From the human T2T-CHM13v2.0 reference genome, Homo sapiens, in assembly GCF_009914755.1 (NCBI RefSeq), contig NC_060932.1: a stretch of DNA of 64,000 nucleotides; one strand, 5' to 3'. The translations under genes and the position numbers were made by a program. The notes beneath the pieces were generated by a model. The model saw nothing but the letters and a program-made list of their open reading frames with translations. It did no database searches and had not been told where the DNA came from. Each line of letters starts with the position of its first letter. Position 1 is the stretch's first letter. Of this stretch, positions 46,803 through 60,515 are shown piece after piece.

Positions 46803-47044
46803 GTCATTTTGCTTGTATAAATAGAGTACATGTATGAATATAGTCTATAAAATAAATAGGAAAAATAAATTTGTAGCTTACCTTTCGGTTTATATTTGTA
46901 TATATTACACCTGTTTGAAAATATACCTTTTATTATTATTTCTCTTACTAAATTTGATCCAATACTGCTAAGAAAAAATAGATTTTTATTTATATATCAA
47001 TACATAAACTTTGGAGATTGTGTCTAACTACATAGAATTATATA

Positions 47045-47460
47045 TATTGAAGAGCTTCAGATCTAAACTAAACAAATCTGAATTGTAATGATAGTTCTGC
47101 CTTTTGCCACTTTCAAAAATTTTACTCGGGCAATCAATTCAAGCCTCATTTTATCAGTTGTAAAATGATGATGATAATAGTAATTATTTTACATTGTTTG
47201 GATACAGGAGAAGTTAAATACCATAATGAACACAAAATACATAGCACAGTGACAGGTGCAGAGGAATCATTCAATAAATGTTAAGGGTTAGAGTCACTGA
47301 GCTTTCATTATATTGTATTCCCCATAAAATCTCTGTGAATTAAGTGCTATTATTCCCAATTTACAGATTAGGAAAGAAAGAATGAGAACAATAAATTTAT
47401 TTTCCTAACTTCGCAATTTTTTAACTTCCCAGAGGCCACAGTTGTTTAGAAAAGCAGGAA
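47045..47460. mobile_element. Two MIR fragments in opposite orientations (~47045-47285 + and ~47300-47460 -)
   Basis: gcctcattttatcagttgtaaaatg..tagcacagtgacaggtgcagag..ttcaataaatgtta, then attattcccaatttacagattaggaaa. Confidence 0.55.
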
Positions 47461-48150
47461 AGAGGAAAAATAAAAATGTGTTTTCTCATTTTCAAGGCAA
47501 TCTAGAGAGAATAGGTACATGTACAAGCATTACTATCAGGGAATTGATACTTTGAAACTAACAGGTAATATTGAAAGAAGTATTTTTATATATTTAGGAA
47601 AATTATATCCCACAGATTGCCAGTGTAAAAAATTGTACTTCCACTTATAGGTATTATTTGCATTAACAAAAGACACCAGCTTTTAATGACAGTGGCAATG
47701 ATGATCAAACAGCAGTCAGACGTGCGTACCATAATGTATATTTATAAAATAGATGATTATTGTATGAGTTACAATGTAAAAGTTTATGTATGAGTTTACA
47801 ATGTAAAAGGAAAAAGAAATCAGATTTACTCGGTAAACGAGTATAGAGGAAAAAAAGAAAGAAAAATAGAATCTTAGCTGTAATCAACCTAGTAACCTTG
47901 TTTTTGCACAACAAAGTTTGTGAAATAACTCAGGCATTTTTAAGTGTCATCTGACTGGAAGCAGTTCGATGTGCTCTAATAGGATTTTGTAGACATGCAG
48001 CAGGTTCATACACATTTTCTCGTAATACCTGCAGAACAGTATAATGAGATGGCTAGAACCGGCCTTACTACCATCTCTCAGTTTAAACAGAGGTAGCGTA
48101 GATTGCTCAAAAAGCTGGTGAGCAACAAACCTAACATCCTAATGTAATAA

Positions 48151-48441
<291 letters not shown>

Positions 48442-49436
48442 TAAATTTTTACTTAAAATTGAAAAAATATAAATGCAAAGGAATATGGAAGACTGATGAA
48501 ACTGTAAAAAGTTAGCACTGATAATCTGCTTCTTGTACATTAGGAAGGCAAGAACATGTTATCAACTATTAGAAAGTAACACCATCAGAGAATCATAACT
48601 CAAACATAGCCAAGTATGTAAAGAGTCTTTAATTCCTACATGTTACCTTCTTAGACTATTTTAAATTACAAGTTTAAAAAAGCTTATGGCACTTAAAGAA
48701 AAGTATACAAACACTGGCATAAATCTAGGACTAAATAAAATGTGCAATTCTTGGAATGTTGAATTTTTTAGTTGAATTATAGTTGATTTACAACTAAAAT
48801 AAGTTTCTGGTAAGACCTCAAAAATACTTCTAATTTTACATAACCTCTTTGCCAAGAGAAAATTCTGAAGAACCAGAAGAACTACCTTAAAAATAGTCAG
48901 GGTGCTAGTTAATTTTTACATCTGTTTAATCAATAAGCTTCAAAAAACACTTTCATTTATAGAGGCAAAAATATAAATGACCCCATTTTTGACATGAAAG
49001 TATGTAGTTTTCAGATATTTAGATTTTATAAACTACACACATTATCAGAAATTAATTTATTCTACTATTCATGAATGCTGACTTAAGGTGTTTTTGCATA
49101 GTGTTGTATATTAAAATTGGACATATTATCACTGAAATATACCTTATATAGTATGTTTTACTTTATCAAAAGTTATATCCATAATGAATGAAACCTTGAG
49201 ATAATCATTTTTAAAAACAAAATACCTTTAGCCACTATAAAGAGATCACCACTCAATATATATTCACCTTTGTGAGACATAGTATTAATGTACTAGCAAT
49301 ATGACATCAGAGACACCAAGCTAATTTGTTCATGGGATGATATATTTTCAAATAAATAATAATTAGATGGTGAATACAACTTTATTATAATTGCATCACA
49401 AATGTTAAGCATCTTTTGTAAAATAAACTACTTTTA

Positions 49437-49832
<396 letters not shown>

Positions 49833-50484
49833 TTAAGAGCTGGGCACTATATACAAATATATATGTAAAATATAAGAAACAAAATAATAGAAGATTTATC
49901 ATTTATAATACATACTGAGGTAAATAATTATAAAGCAGTTGATGAAATAAAATTATCCACATACATCTGATTCATTATCCATTACAGGTTCCTATAGACA
50001 AACACAATCCTAGAACACGGTATCTTTCTTCAAAGAGTTTTAAATCTCATTGTGGGAGCTCATAAACAACACTGACATTTTAAAGATCTTTGTATGCATT
50101 TTGGGTCCCAAAGAATTAACTCCATTTTTCTTGGCAACACATGCTAGCTTTTTTGACATATTCAGATCTCTACCCTGTAGCTCACATGCTTTAGGAAAAT
50201 CTGTCTCACCCTGATTATAGAAGAGGAATTTTTTAAAGTCTATGAAATGGCTCTACCTTTCATTAAAATATTTAGTCCATGATGAACAGAATTCTAAATT
50301 AACCACATCAGAGTGAATCCGAAGGTCAGGACAAAAATACGTTAAATAAATGGATCTTGGACAACTGACAGCACCCATCTTAAGAACTTCTGTATTTGTT
50401 CCATGGAAAGTCTAAGTTACTGAGAGCATGAGTTCTGGAGATACCTAGAAAACTTACTATATTTCTTCAGCAATTTGTCTCTTC

Positions 50485-50641
50485 AAATATATATATATAT
50501 CAGGTATATATATTAAATATATATCTCAAATATATCACAAATATATATCAAATGTATATTAAATATATATATCAAATGTATATTAAACATATATATCAAA
50601 TGTATATTAAATATATATCAAATATATATATTAAATATATA
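50485..50641. repeat. AT-rich minisatellite (caaatgtatattaaatatatatat-like units)
   Basis: Several 11-26-nt units, mostly starting caaat, lying between the left TSD and the poly-T of the adjacent Alu. Confidence 0.85.
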
Positions 50642-50952
<311 letters not shown>

Positions 50953-50999
50953 TAGCATATTGTGTAATGTAAAAACCTAAGATTAATACAACCGTAAGA

Positions 51000-51950
51000 G
51001 AAGATGGTCCCAGTCTTTATGTAGGCTACATGCTAATAAAACTTGCATTTAGAGGCGGTTAAACAGGATCAGAAGTTCTCATGAGAAACTCTTCACCCAG
51101 ATGTTATTATCTTTATCTGTGAGTCCTACAGGAAGCTGAAGTGCCAGAAGCTGTAAATCAGAGTTATCAAGCTAATCTGAGGGAGAGAAGTCGATACTAC
51201 CAAAAGCATTTATGTTTGGAACTGGCATAGAAATGCAGGAAATTTGGGGCTCCTCTCTTTGAGAAGAAATGAATATATTTTATGTAAGTATGGATACTTT
51301 TTAAAAGTAAGAGGAATGCTGAATAGAAGTCCTCAGAAGCCAGAGTTGTAGATTATGGCAGATAGTGGCTGATTTGGGATGTTGTACATTTATTCCACAT
51401 TCTTTTCACAATAGCACCTTGTTTTTGCCAGGGAAGCCACTTCTCTATCAAACAGCTATATACTTTTTTTTTTTTTTGAGACGGAATCTTGCTCTGTTGC
51501 CCAGGCTATAGTGTAGTGGCGTGATCTCGGCTCACTGCAACCTCCCCCTCCTGGGTTCAAGTGATTCTCCTGCCTCAGCCTCCTGAGTAGCTGGGATTAC
51601 AGACATACGCCACCACGCCCAGCTAATTTTTGTACTTTTAGTAGAGATGGGGTTTCACCATGTTGGCAAGGCTGATTTCGAACTACTGACCTAAAGTAAA
51701 CCACCCACCTCAGCCTCCAAAAATGCTGGGATTACAGGAGTGAGCCACTGGCCAGGCCAAAACAGCTACATACTTTGGAGCAGCTGACTCTGCTGACTCC
51801 AGTGATGAGAAATGTGGCTCAGGGCTTGGTTGACCAATATAATCCTATCCTCTGAGCAAAATTTACTACAGGGATCTTTTCCTATATCTCACCATATGGC
51901 AAAGTCTTAAGCCTGGGATATTTGGTATGTTTATGTGCTATAAAGCATAG
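51000..51950 (+). mobile_element. Old MLT1 internal 3' end plus LTR remnant, interrupted by Alu
   Basis: gaatatattttatgt...gccagagttgtagattatggcaga resembles the MLT1-int/LTR junction; LTR-like text continues after the Alu. Confidence 0.4.
51464..51758 (-). mobile_element. AluS-type, full length
   Basis: TSD aaacagcta(t/c)atacttt at 51450-51466 and 51760-51776. Confidence 0.92.
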
Positions 51951-52539
51951 TTCTTGTTATCATTTTGCCTCTTTGAAAATTGACCAGGAAGTTGGATCAG
52001 GTAGAAGAGGTTTAAAAAAAATCAATATTTGTGTATATTCAGATAATTTTGCTCATGCACCAAAAGTCAAATAGGGCATTTTATGATTTTCAAAAATAAA
52101 TAAATAAATAAAAGGTCTCTTTTTAAATTGCTTCTTGCAGAGCAATTACTTTGAAGCCTTAGGTTAATTAGCTATCACCCATTTCTATTAGTTTTCTGCC
52201 TGAACAGCTTCCAATTTGAACTTCATAACTAAAGGCAAGCATGAATCCCTTCAGCTACAATCTGATCTACGGGCTGTTTTATATACTCTCAAGCCCCATA
52301 ACCCTGATAGTTTTAGAAAAAGGACATATGTCTTAAAATAACATGCTCAGCTTTGTCCACTCATTCTTCAAGGGCCTGCTGATTCATGGATTTCGAGTAC
52401 TTTTATTTTTAGACAAATTAGGAATTACACCTATATTTAAACTTCCTTATCTGTATTCTTCTTTTTACTTTTGTTTTTGTTTATCACAAAGTTACATTAA
52501 ACATAGCATTATTCTCTAGAATAAAGTACATTTTTTCCA

Positions 52540-53180
52540 GAAAGGAGTTTTAAATATTTTACTTTAAAAATTTGAAAATCAGAAGTAAGCATTATAAAGC
52601 AAAATATCCTCCCTCATTCATTTATGCTTCACAGGGTTGGTCATTTTTAATAGCGCAGTGTTTTTCTTACTAGGCCTTTCCTAGGCACAAGCAGATATCC
52701 ATTCTATATTATTTTTCAAGTGATGTCAGTCATATTATGCCTATTTTTCTGAATTGTTATATCTATTTTAAAAAAATCACTGGCATTCTTCTGGGTACAG
52801 ATGTAGACTTCTACTACATTCTTCTTTGAAAGACTTTATAGCTACACAGCATATAGTACGCCTATAGTATAATTTATTTTACCATTCTCCTAATGATAAC
52901 TTCATTTTTATGGTTATAACGGTCTAATGAGCAACTGTGTAAAAACAACTCTGTACATATATCCTTGTACAAAGTATATATCTTTTGTGTACAAAGGGCA
53001 TATATCCTTGTGCACTTGCTTGATACCTCCCAAGATGGAATCCCAGAAATGGGGTTGCAGAAAATTTATACAGATACAGTGAAACCATACTTAATAAATA
53101 TGAAAATTTATGTTTCTGGCACCACTGTATGAAGTGTTTTTCACCCTCAATCCTAATTCTGGCAACATTAGATATTTTTG
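52540..53180 (-). mobile_element. Degraded L1ME fragment
   Basis: tataatttattttaccattctcc..atatccttgtaca..tcccagaaatggggttgcag. Confidence 0.45.
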
Positions 53181-53194
53181 AAAGGCAAATTTTG

Positions 53195-53696
53195 TTTTTC
53201 ATTTTTGCTTTTTAAGAAATTTTATCATGTTTATTTGAAATTTGCAACTTGATGCTGTGGAACACATACAGAGAGTAAAGTGGTTACCATAGTGAAATAG
53301 ATTACTGTAGCTATCATCTCACATAGTTACTTTTTTGTTTGACAAGAGTAGCTAAAATATACTTATTTAACAAAAATCCTTACTACAATACAATTTCATT
53401 AACTGTAGTCCTAATGTTGTACATCAGGCCTCTAAACTTGTTCATCCTACATACCTGCTATATGACCTACAGCTCCCCACTTTCTCTTCCCCTTACTCCT
53501 GCTCACCCATGGAAATCACTGTTTCATTGCCTATGCGTGTGTACTTAAGCTTTTTAAAAAAAATATATTCCACATATAGGTGATATCTTCCAATACTTTT
53601 ATTTTTGTGCCTGGCTTATTTCACTTAGCATAATGTCCTCTAAGTCCATCCAGGTTGTAGCACATGGTGGGATTTCCTCTTTTAAGGCTGAATAAG

Positions 53697-53746
<50 letters not shown>

Positions 53747-54569
53747 TATTCCATTGTGTATATATAAAAAGGGATCTATATCCCCTTTTTAAGGCTGAAT
53801 AAGATTCCATTTTGTGTGTGAGTATGTATATATACACATTTCATTTTCTTTATCAATTTATCTCTCAACGTGTATCTAGGTTGTTTCCACATTTTGACTA
53901 TTATGAATAATGCTGCAAAAAACATGGGAGTGCAGATATTTTTACATGGTGGTTCTTGTATCTCATTTTGGTATATACCTGGAAGAGGAGTTGCTGGGTC
54001 ATATAGTGGTTCTATGAATATAATATTTTTAATTTATTTAGGAACCTCCATACAGTTTTTTCGTAATGGCTGTACTAATCTACATTCCCGCCAATAGTGT
54101 ACTAGGGTTTCCTTTTCTCCACATCCCTGACAACAATTGTTATCTCGTCTTTTTGATAATAATCATACTTACGGGAGTAAGGCAATATCTTATAGTGGTT
54201 TAAATTTGCATTTCTTTAAAGATTAATTATGTTGAGCATCTTTTCATATACCTTTTTGCCATTTTATAGCTTCTTTGGAGAAATGTCTGTTCAGGTCTTT
54301 TGCCCATTTTTAAAATCAGGTTATTGTTTTTTCTGCTATTGAGTTATAAGAATTCTTTATAATTCTGGATATATTAACCCCTTAACAAAAATGTAGTTTG
54401 AAAATATTTTTAATAGCCCATAAATTGCCTATTATTTTGTTGATTGTTTCCTTTATTGTTCCTAAGGTTTTTAGTTTAATGCTGTTCTGTTTATTTACTT
54501 TTGTTTTTGTAGTTTGAGCTTTTTGGAGTGGTATCAAAATTAATTGCCAAAGCCAATGTCAAGAAGCTA
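53195..54569 (-). mobile_element. L1MA9-like 5'-truncated element with a perfect 14-bp TSD
   Basis: 3' UTR ctatcatctcacatagttac..gagtagctaaaatatactt..aactgtagtcctaatgttgtacatcagg; TSD aaaggcaaattttg at 53181-53194 and 54570-54583. Confidence 0.85.
53698..53740. repeat. (TG)n microsatellite, ~21 units
   Basis: Read directly from the sequence. Confidence 0.95.
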
Positions 54570-55429
54570 AAAGGCAAATTTTGCAAGGCAAAAAAAAGTT
54601 ATCATACTATTTTCTTTTGCATTTCTCTGATAACAAGTAGTTACTCTTGTAATTGCTATTGTAATTTTGCTGATTACTGTTGAGATTACTATTGTGATTC
54701 ACTTGGAATCTATATTTGCCTTTGTAAATACATTTCTAAGTGAAACAACTTTGGTTATTCTTGCTCATTGTTCTCATAAATCTACAATTCCTTATTGTTC
54801 TTTATAGTACATGTGGAACATCACCTCCTTTTTCTCTTGTCTCCTCTGATGATTGTTTTCCTATATTCTTTCATCTATTCATCACATATTTCATGCCTTA
54901 CAGGTAAAATGATATAAAGAACATTGTCCAAGCTCATCTTCTGGGAGCTGACAATCTAAAACATGAGATAGCAGGACATTTAGGCCATTGCTACAAAATA
55001 CAGAAAGTATTATGATTTGGGTGTGCACACTTTGCTATGAGAACACATAGAAGTAAAACTAAATATAGATTAAGTCAGTATGATGTATATGGAAAACTCC
55101 CCTCAAAAACTGGCATTGCAACTTTTTCATAGATTCGTGTTTTACAATTTCTAAATGCCTTATATTATGTTTTTCAGACCTTATCTTTTAATGTGCACTT
55201 AAAATTAACAGTGTACTTACAGTTGAAAGGTAACTAAATTTTATATGACTTAGGTCTCACTGTCATCAAGAGTTTGATTAACAATATTGATTTCAAAAAA
55301 CATCATGCCCATATTTCACCTTTACTATTCAGCAAGAAATAATGCAATGACTATATGTATAGTAGTTTAATGATGTTTTAATTTTTTTGAGCGTGCTAAG
55401 GTTTCTGACAAACAACATTCACACTTGTG

Positions 55430-56590
55430 TTTACTTTCTCCAGCCATCTTCACAAAACACTGCAACTGAGCTTCTGTGACCAATTATGTTGACATGACTC
55501 TTGCAAAAATTACTCATGACCTTTCCATTTTCAAAATCAGTTCTTTTTTAAAAAATTGTTCTTGTCATCTTTGTGCATTTGTTACGGCTAATCGTTGTTC
55601 TTTCTTGGAAATCTTTTCTTATTGTTTCCATGATGATGCCCTGCTTTTCTAATCTCATGAACTTCTCCTAAAACCACTCCTTTACTAAATTTCTGTCTTC
55701 ATCTGTCTTCTCTATTTTGCAGGCTTCTTAGCAACCACAGATATAGCTGTAAGCAATACTGGTGACCATAAAAGAGGCATATCTTCATTTATCTGTTTCC
55801 ACCCTTTGCTATATATCTCCGTGTAGATGTAGCATACCATGTAGAAACTAGTCATCCATGTCCTTTGCTTATCCTCAAATCTCATTAGTTCATTCTATTA
55901 ACTGTCTCTTAAATCTATCTCTAGTCCCCTCTTTGTTTTTCTATTCTAAACCCTGTGGATTTGATTCAATTCTTCCTCATCTCCTGCATCCTATCCTATT
56001 TTAAGAGCAACCAGTCTATCCTGCTAGGCTTTCTGCATTTGCCCATCTACTCAGGTCCCCACATTGCTGCTAAAGTCATTTCTACAACAAACAAACCCAA
56101 TCTTGTCACTTCCTTATTCAATAGTATTATTCAGCTACTTCTTATTGTCAATATAAGGTTCATACTTCTCTCCATGTATCTTATATAATAGCTAACTGAT
56201 TTTTGTTTTTATATTGCTGAGCCATATTCCATCTTTAATTTTGGAGTGCTAAACTGGATTCTTAAATTTCTTGAAGCTGACCTAGGAATAGTTCTTTGAA
56301 GTTTACTAACAACTTCTTCTTCTAGACAGAGGAAGGAGTGGGGCACACATATACACCTGCTCATCAAAGTCCTCAAAATGTTCACTTACTAGATATTAAG
56401 GTAAAGTGTCACTTGTCATTTATCTTTTGCTTTTCTTTATTGATACTTCTGTTTCTAATATTTATTATTTACAATGTAATTTTTTATGAATGTTTTTCCT
56501 AAGTCTTTCAAAAATTTGCCTTTATGCCATTGTGGTTTGAGCAAAACCTGGCATTCAGTAGAAATTCAGTAAGCACTTTTTGACTGAATA
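55430..56590 (+). mobile_element. L2 fragments
   Basis: Pyrimidine-rich L2-like text (ttcttggaaatcttttcttattgtttccatga; ccacattgctgctaaagtcatttcta..tcttgtcacttcctt) and an L2-type end cctggcattcagtagaaattcagtaagcac..tgaataaat. Confidence 0.5.
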
Positions 56591-56904
56591 AATACTTTCC
56601 TCTACCATTTCTTTGCCCATACCAAATGACTCTCCAAACTTCCACATTGAGGAAACTCAGAGACAAATAGGGTTAGTATTATAATTTTGGGTAAATTTTT
56701 GGATAACAGATTTTTGTAAAGATTTGGGGTGAATGCATTTAACTTGTAAATTTCACATTGATTGAAATGAAAAGCTACATACTCATAAGAAGAACTTATA
56801 ATACTCACTGAGGAACAATATTTCTTTGCATAATCCCAAAAGCTTTAAAATTGCAGTATTTTACATAAAAATTTGGAAATATTATCTCCTCAGAGAGGCC
56901 TTTG

Positions 56905-57983
<1,079 letters not shown>

Positions 57984-58029
57984 TAATTTAGATGAGTGCT
58001 TTTGACCATCTTACCCCATTTCAGTAACT

Positions 58030-58235
58030 ATTACTTTACCCTCATTCGCTTTTTGAAGCCCTAATCACTGTCTGAAATTATTAGTTTACTCGTCTGTTTT
58101 CAATGTTTTTCCCATAAGAATGTAAGTTTCATGAGATTTGAGGCCTTGCCTGTATTATTGTTATATCCTCAAGGCTTAGTATAATTCACTGTAGACATTG
58201 AACACTCTTCATTAAAAAGAATGAATAGATAAACA
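58030..58235 (+). mobile_element. L2a 3' end
   Basis: agaatgtaagtttcatgag..cttgcctgtattattgttatatcctcaaggcttag..gaatgaat. Confidence 0.6.
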
Positions 58236-58891
58236 GTAAAATAAAATAACCAAACGGCTCAAATTACTCAATTGTTATTCAAACTATTATTATTTTACTA
58301 GTGGCCAACAAAATTACCTACTGGATTATCCAATAATATAAACTCCTCAATATATTTGCAGCTCCAAATTTGTTCAAGGCTCAACCTGATCCTGTTAGAA
58401 TCAAGTTTAACGTGTGTTTTGATTAACTGAAGGACCCTAGCAGATATTTTGCCCTATAAGATTTCAAAATGACCTCATTTGCATTATTCATAAATTAACA
58501 ACATGAATGTACTTATAAAAAGTATCTTTTTCACTAAACCAAAAACACTTTTCAGGGTCAAGAGAAATAGTGGGTAAAACAACATAAATTTTATTCACAT
58601 GTTCTTTCATAAATGTTTATATATCAAATTATTTGGGCTACTCACATTTTAGCAGTAAAAGAAAAACCTAAGCACTGAATGTTAATTTAATTTCTATTGA
58701 ATGCTTGTTTTTGTCACTAGAAAATAAATATAAAAGGTACATTTTTATATTGTAAAATTATGTATGTTCCTCCAAAAGTTTCTCCAGTAACCTTTCTTCT
58801 TTTGATCACTAACCAATATTTCTATTGTGTTTTATCAATACATGAATGAATGAATACAATACTTTACAGTTAATAAGAAGGAATCAGTCTT

Positions 58892-60515
58892 TGACATGGT
58901 TTGGCTGTGTCCCCACCCAAATCTCATCTTGAACTTGAGAGAGATGATTTAGGATATCTGGTGGAAGAAATTTCTAAGCAGCAAAGCATTCAAGAGGTGA
59001 CTTGGGTGCTGTTAAAGGCATTCAGAAGGGGAGCAGACCATAAAAGTTCAAAAAATTTGCAGCCTGACAATGTGATAAAAAGGAAAAACCATTTTCTGAG
59101 GAGAAATTCAAGCTGGCTGCAGAAATTTGCATAAGTTACGTGGAAAGAATGTGAATCCTCAACATAGTGGGGAAAAGGTCTCCAGGGCATGTTGGAAGAC
59201 TTCACGGCAGCCCCTCCCATTACAGGCCTTAAGACCTAGGAGAAAATGGTTTCATGGGCTAGGCCTAGGGTCTCTGGGCTGTGTGCAGCCTACGGACTTA
59301 GTGCTCTGTGTCCCAGCTGCTCCAGCCATGACTGAAAGGGGACAACGTAGACCTCGGTGCATGGCTTCAGAGAATGGAAGCTCCAAGCCTTGGCAGCTTC
59401 CATGTGGTGTTGAGCCTGAGAGTGCACAGAAGTAAAGAACTGGGGTTTGGGAACCTCCACCTAGAATTCAGAAGATGTATGATAACACCTGGCTGCCCAG
59501 CCAGAAGTTTTCTGCATGGGCAGGGTCTTCACGGAGAACCTCTGTTAGGGTAGTGCGGATAAGAAATGTGGTGTCGGAGTCCCCACACAGCGCTCCTACT
59601 GGGGCACCACCTACTGGAGCTGTGAGAGAGGGCCACCATCCTCCAGACCACAGAATGGTAGATCCACTGAAAGATTGCACTGTTCCCCTGGAAAAGCCAC
59701 AGACACTCAATACCAGCCCATGAAAGCAGCCAGGAGGTAGGTTGTACCCTGCAAAGCCACAGGGGCGGAGCTGCCCAAGACCATGAGAACCCACCTCTTG
59801 CATCAGCATGACTCAGATGGGAGACATGGAGTCAAAGGAGATCATTTTGGAACTTTAAGATGTGACTGCCCTGCTGGATTTTGAACTTGCATGGGGCCTG
59901 CAGCCCCTTTGCTTCTGCCAATTCCTCCCATTTGGAACAGCTGTATTTACCCAAAGCCTGTACCCCCATTGTATCTAGGAAGTAACTAACTTGCTTTTGA
60001 TTTTACAAGCTCACAGATGGAAAGGACTTGCCTTGTGTCAGATGAGACTTTGGACTACGGACTTCTGAGTTAATGCTGAAATGACTTAAGACTTTGGGAG
60101 ACTGCTGGGAAGGCACGATTGGTTTTGAAATATGAGGACATGATATTTGGGAGGGGCCAGGGGCAGAAAAATATGATTTGGCTGTGTCCCCACCCAAATC
60201 TCATCTTGAATTCCCACATGTTGTGGGAGGTACCCAGTGAGAGATAATTGAATCATGGGGACCCATGCTGTTCTCATGATAGTGAATACATCTCAGAAGA
60301 ACTAATGGTATTATATGAGGCAGTTTATCTGCATAAACTCTCTTCTCTTTGCCTGCTGCCATCCATGTAAGATGTGACTTTCTCCTCCTTGCCTTCCACC
60401 ATGATTGTGAGGCCTCCCCAGCCATGTGAAACTGTAGTTCATTAAAGCTCTTTCTTTTGTAAATTGTTGAGTCTCGGGTATGTCTTTATCAGCAGGATGA
60501 AAACAGACTAATACA
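58892..60515 (+). mobile_element. THE1B-like provirus: 5' LTR stub 58892-58933, internal 58929-60168, 3' LTR 60169-60515
   Basis: tgacatggtttggctgtgtccccacccaaatctcatcttgaa joins directly to internal cttgagagagatgatttagg. The 3' LTR ends gactaataca. TSD gtctt (58887-58891) / gcctt (60516-60520). Confidence 0.9.
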
